Below the pieces are notes generated by a model. The model was not told the origin of the DNA and did no database searches. It worked only from the letters and a program-made list of their open reading frames with translations. DNA of 64,000 bases from an uncultured virus (IMG/VR IMGVR_UViG_3300017991_003073) (lineage: Duplodnaviria > Heunggongvirae > Uroviricota > Caudoviricetes): IMG/VR virus record IMGVR_UViG_3300017991_003073. One strand, given 5' to 3'. Below, piece by piece: positions 63,392 through 64,000 of this stretch (positions are counted from its first letter, which is position 1; every line of letters begins with the position of its first letter). A program made the translations under genes and the position numbers.

Positions 63392-63428
63392 AGGGCGTTG
63401 GGAGCCGATCCTGACGCCCCTCTTGTTT
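63392..63428 (+). terminator. terminator after nrdJ
   Basis: AGGGCGTTGGGA...TCCTGACGCCCC followed by TCTTGTTT. Confidence 0.6.
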
Positions 63429-63489
63429 GATGGTTACTTGATCGGGTTTACTGAAGGCCCTACCAATCTCTTACCCAAGGAGTGAAGTG

Positions 63490-64000
63490 ATGAGCGAATC
63501 GGAACAGAAGCCTGAGCCCACCTACCTGGAGATGGCGAAGCGTCTTGTCGCTGGAGAAACCGTCGAAGCCCAGGGTCTGTTTTGGAAACTCAAGGGGAGT
63601 CACAAGGCCCTGTCCCTTCACCGATCTCCGGATGCCTTGGCCAGCTACGAAGTGGAAGCGTTGTGTTGGGCGGGGTGGATCGAGGGACATGGGCCAGAGG
63701 ATCCGAACTACCTTTTCCTCAACTACACCGTCTTCAAAGAGGAGCAGGACACCCACCGAGGATTTGATTTCTGGCACGGGGTCGGGTCGGCTCTAGTACT
63801 GGTGCTGTACTTGTTGGAACAGCAGGAAGAGATGCCGCAGCTACCGTGGCTCAAGACCAAGAACGCAGAGCCCTTGCGACGGTTGAAGTCTTCCTTCACC
63901 TCCTACACGCGGTATGATGAAGGCGAGATCGAACCGTGGATCGAGTCGGGATCAGCAGTTCCTCTAGGGGACCACCACAAGCACCCGGAGGTCCGCAAGA
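63490..64000 (+). CDS. hypothetical protein, truncated by the window end
   Basis: AGGAG RBS; MSESEQKPEPTYLEMAKR... stays open to the window edge. Confidence 0.7.
   Translation, partial: MSESEQKPEPTYLEMAKRLVAGETVEAQGLFWKLKGSHKALSLHRSPDALASYEVEALCWAGWIEGHGPEDPNYLFLNYTVFKEEQDTHRGFDFWHGVGSALVLVLYLLEQQEEMPQLPWLKTKNAEPLRRLKSSFTSYTRYDEGEIEPWIESGSAVPLGDHHKHPEVRK

Noticed and set aside
1..64000. Stop-codon reassignment (many genes end in TAG)
   Set aside because: Conserved enzymes (PyrF, IscS, NrdJ, helicase) are full length in the standard code, and genes tile without gaps.

Overview
This is 64 kb of a GC-rich, gene-dense virus-like replicon, most likely part of a large bacterial dsDNA virus. No terminase, portal, HK97 capsid, tail tube/sheath, integrase, tRNA, rRNA or CRISPR array is recognisable. 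Layout: (1) 0.2-6.6 kb, small mostly minus-strand 'early'-type genes, with a Dps-like and an SSB-like gene; (2) 6.8-24.5 kb, one long minus-strand, probably structural, run with Lys-rich, Pro/Gln-rich and membrane proteins, a beta-rich capsid candidate, an XRE regulator and a tandem transglutaminase-like Cys protease; (3) 24.8-30.3 kb, SF2 helicase, CHC2 primase-like protein, PD-(D/E)XK nuclease and pentapeptide protein, followed by an iteron-like non-coding region; (4) pyrE, pyrF and an RRM protein; (5) 33.8-39.9 kb, spike/fibre-like genes (LVIVD, C1q-like, LamG); (6) 40.6-53.8 kb, multidomain proteins, a cysteine desulfurase and a 1311-aa protein; (7) a short family A polymerase, DnaJ-domain protein, DUF932-like protein and class II RNR. 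The most striking signal is a recurrent peptide motif, (T/E/A)-(V/T)-(S/A/Q)-G. It sits at the domain boundaries of many proteins encoded near a candidate protease, suggesting a polyprotein maturation and cargo-delivery system. Also seen: a duplicated, covarying RNA pseudoknot leader, a 25-bp palindromic operator in 5 copies, a shared promoter motif, and a shared N-terminal peptide on four spike genes. All family calls come from motif recognition by eye; no database searches were run. Several start codons were re-chosen using RBS context.
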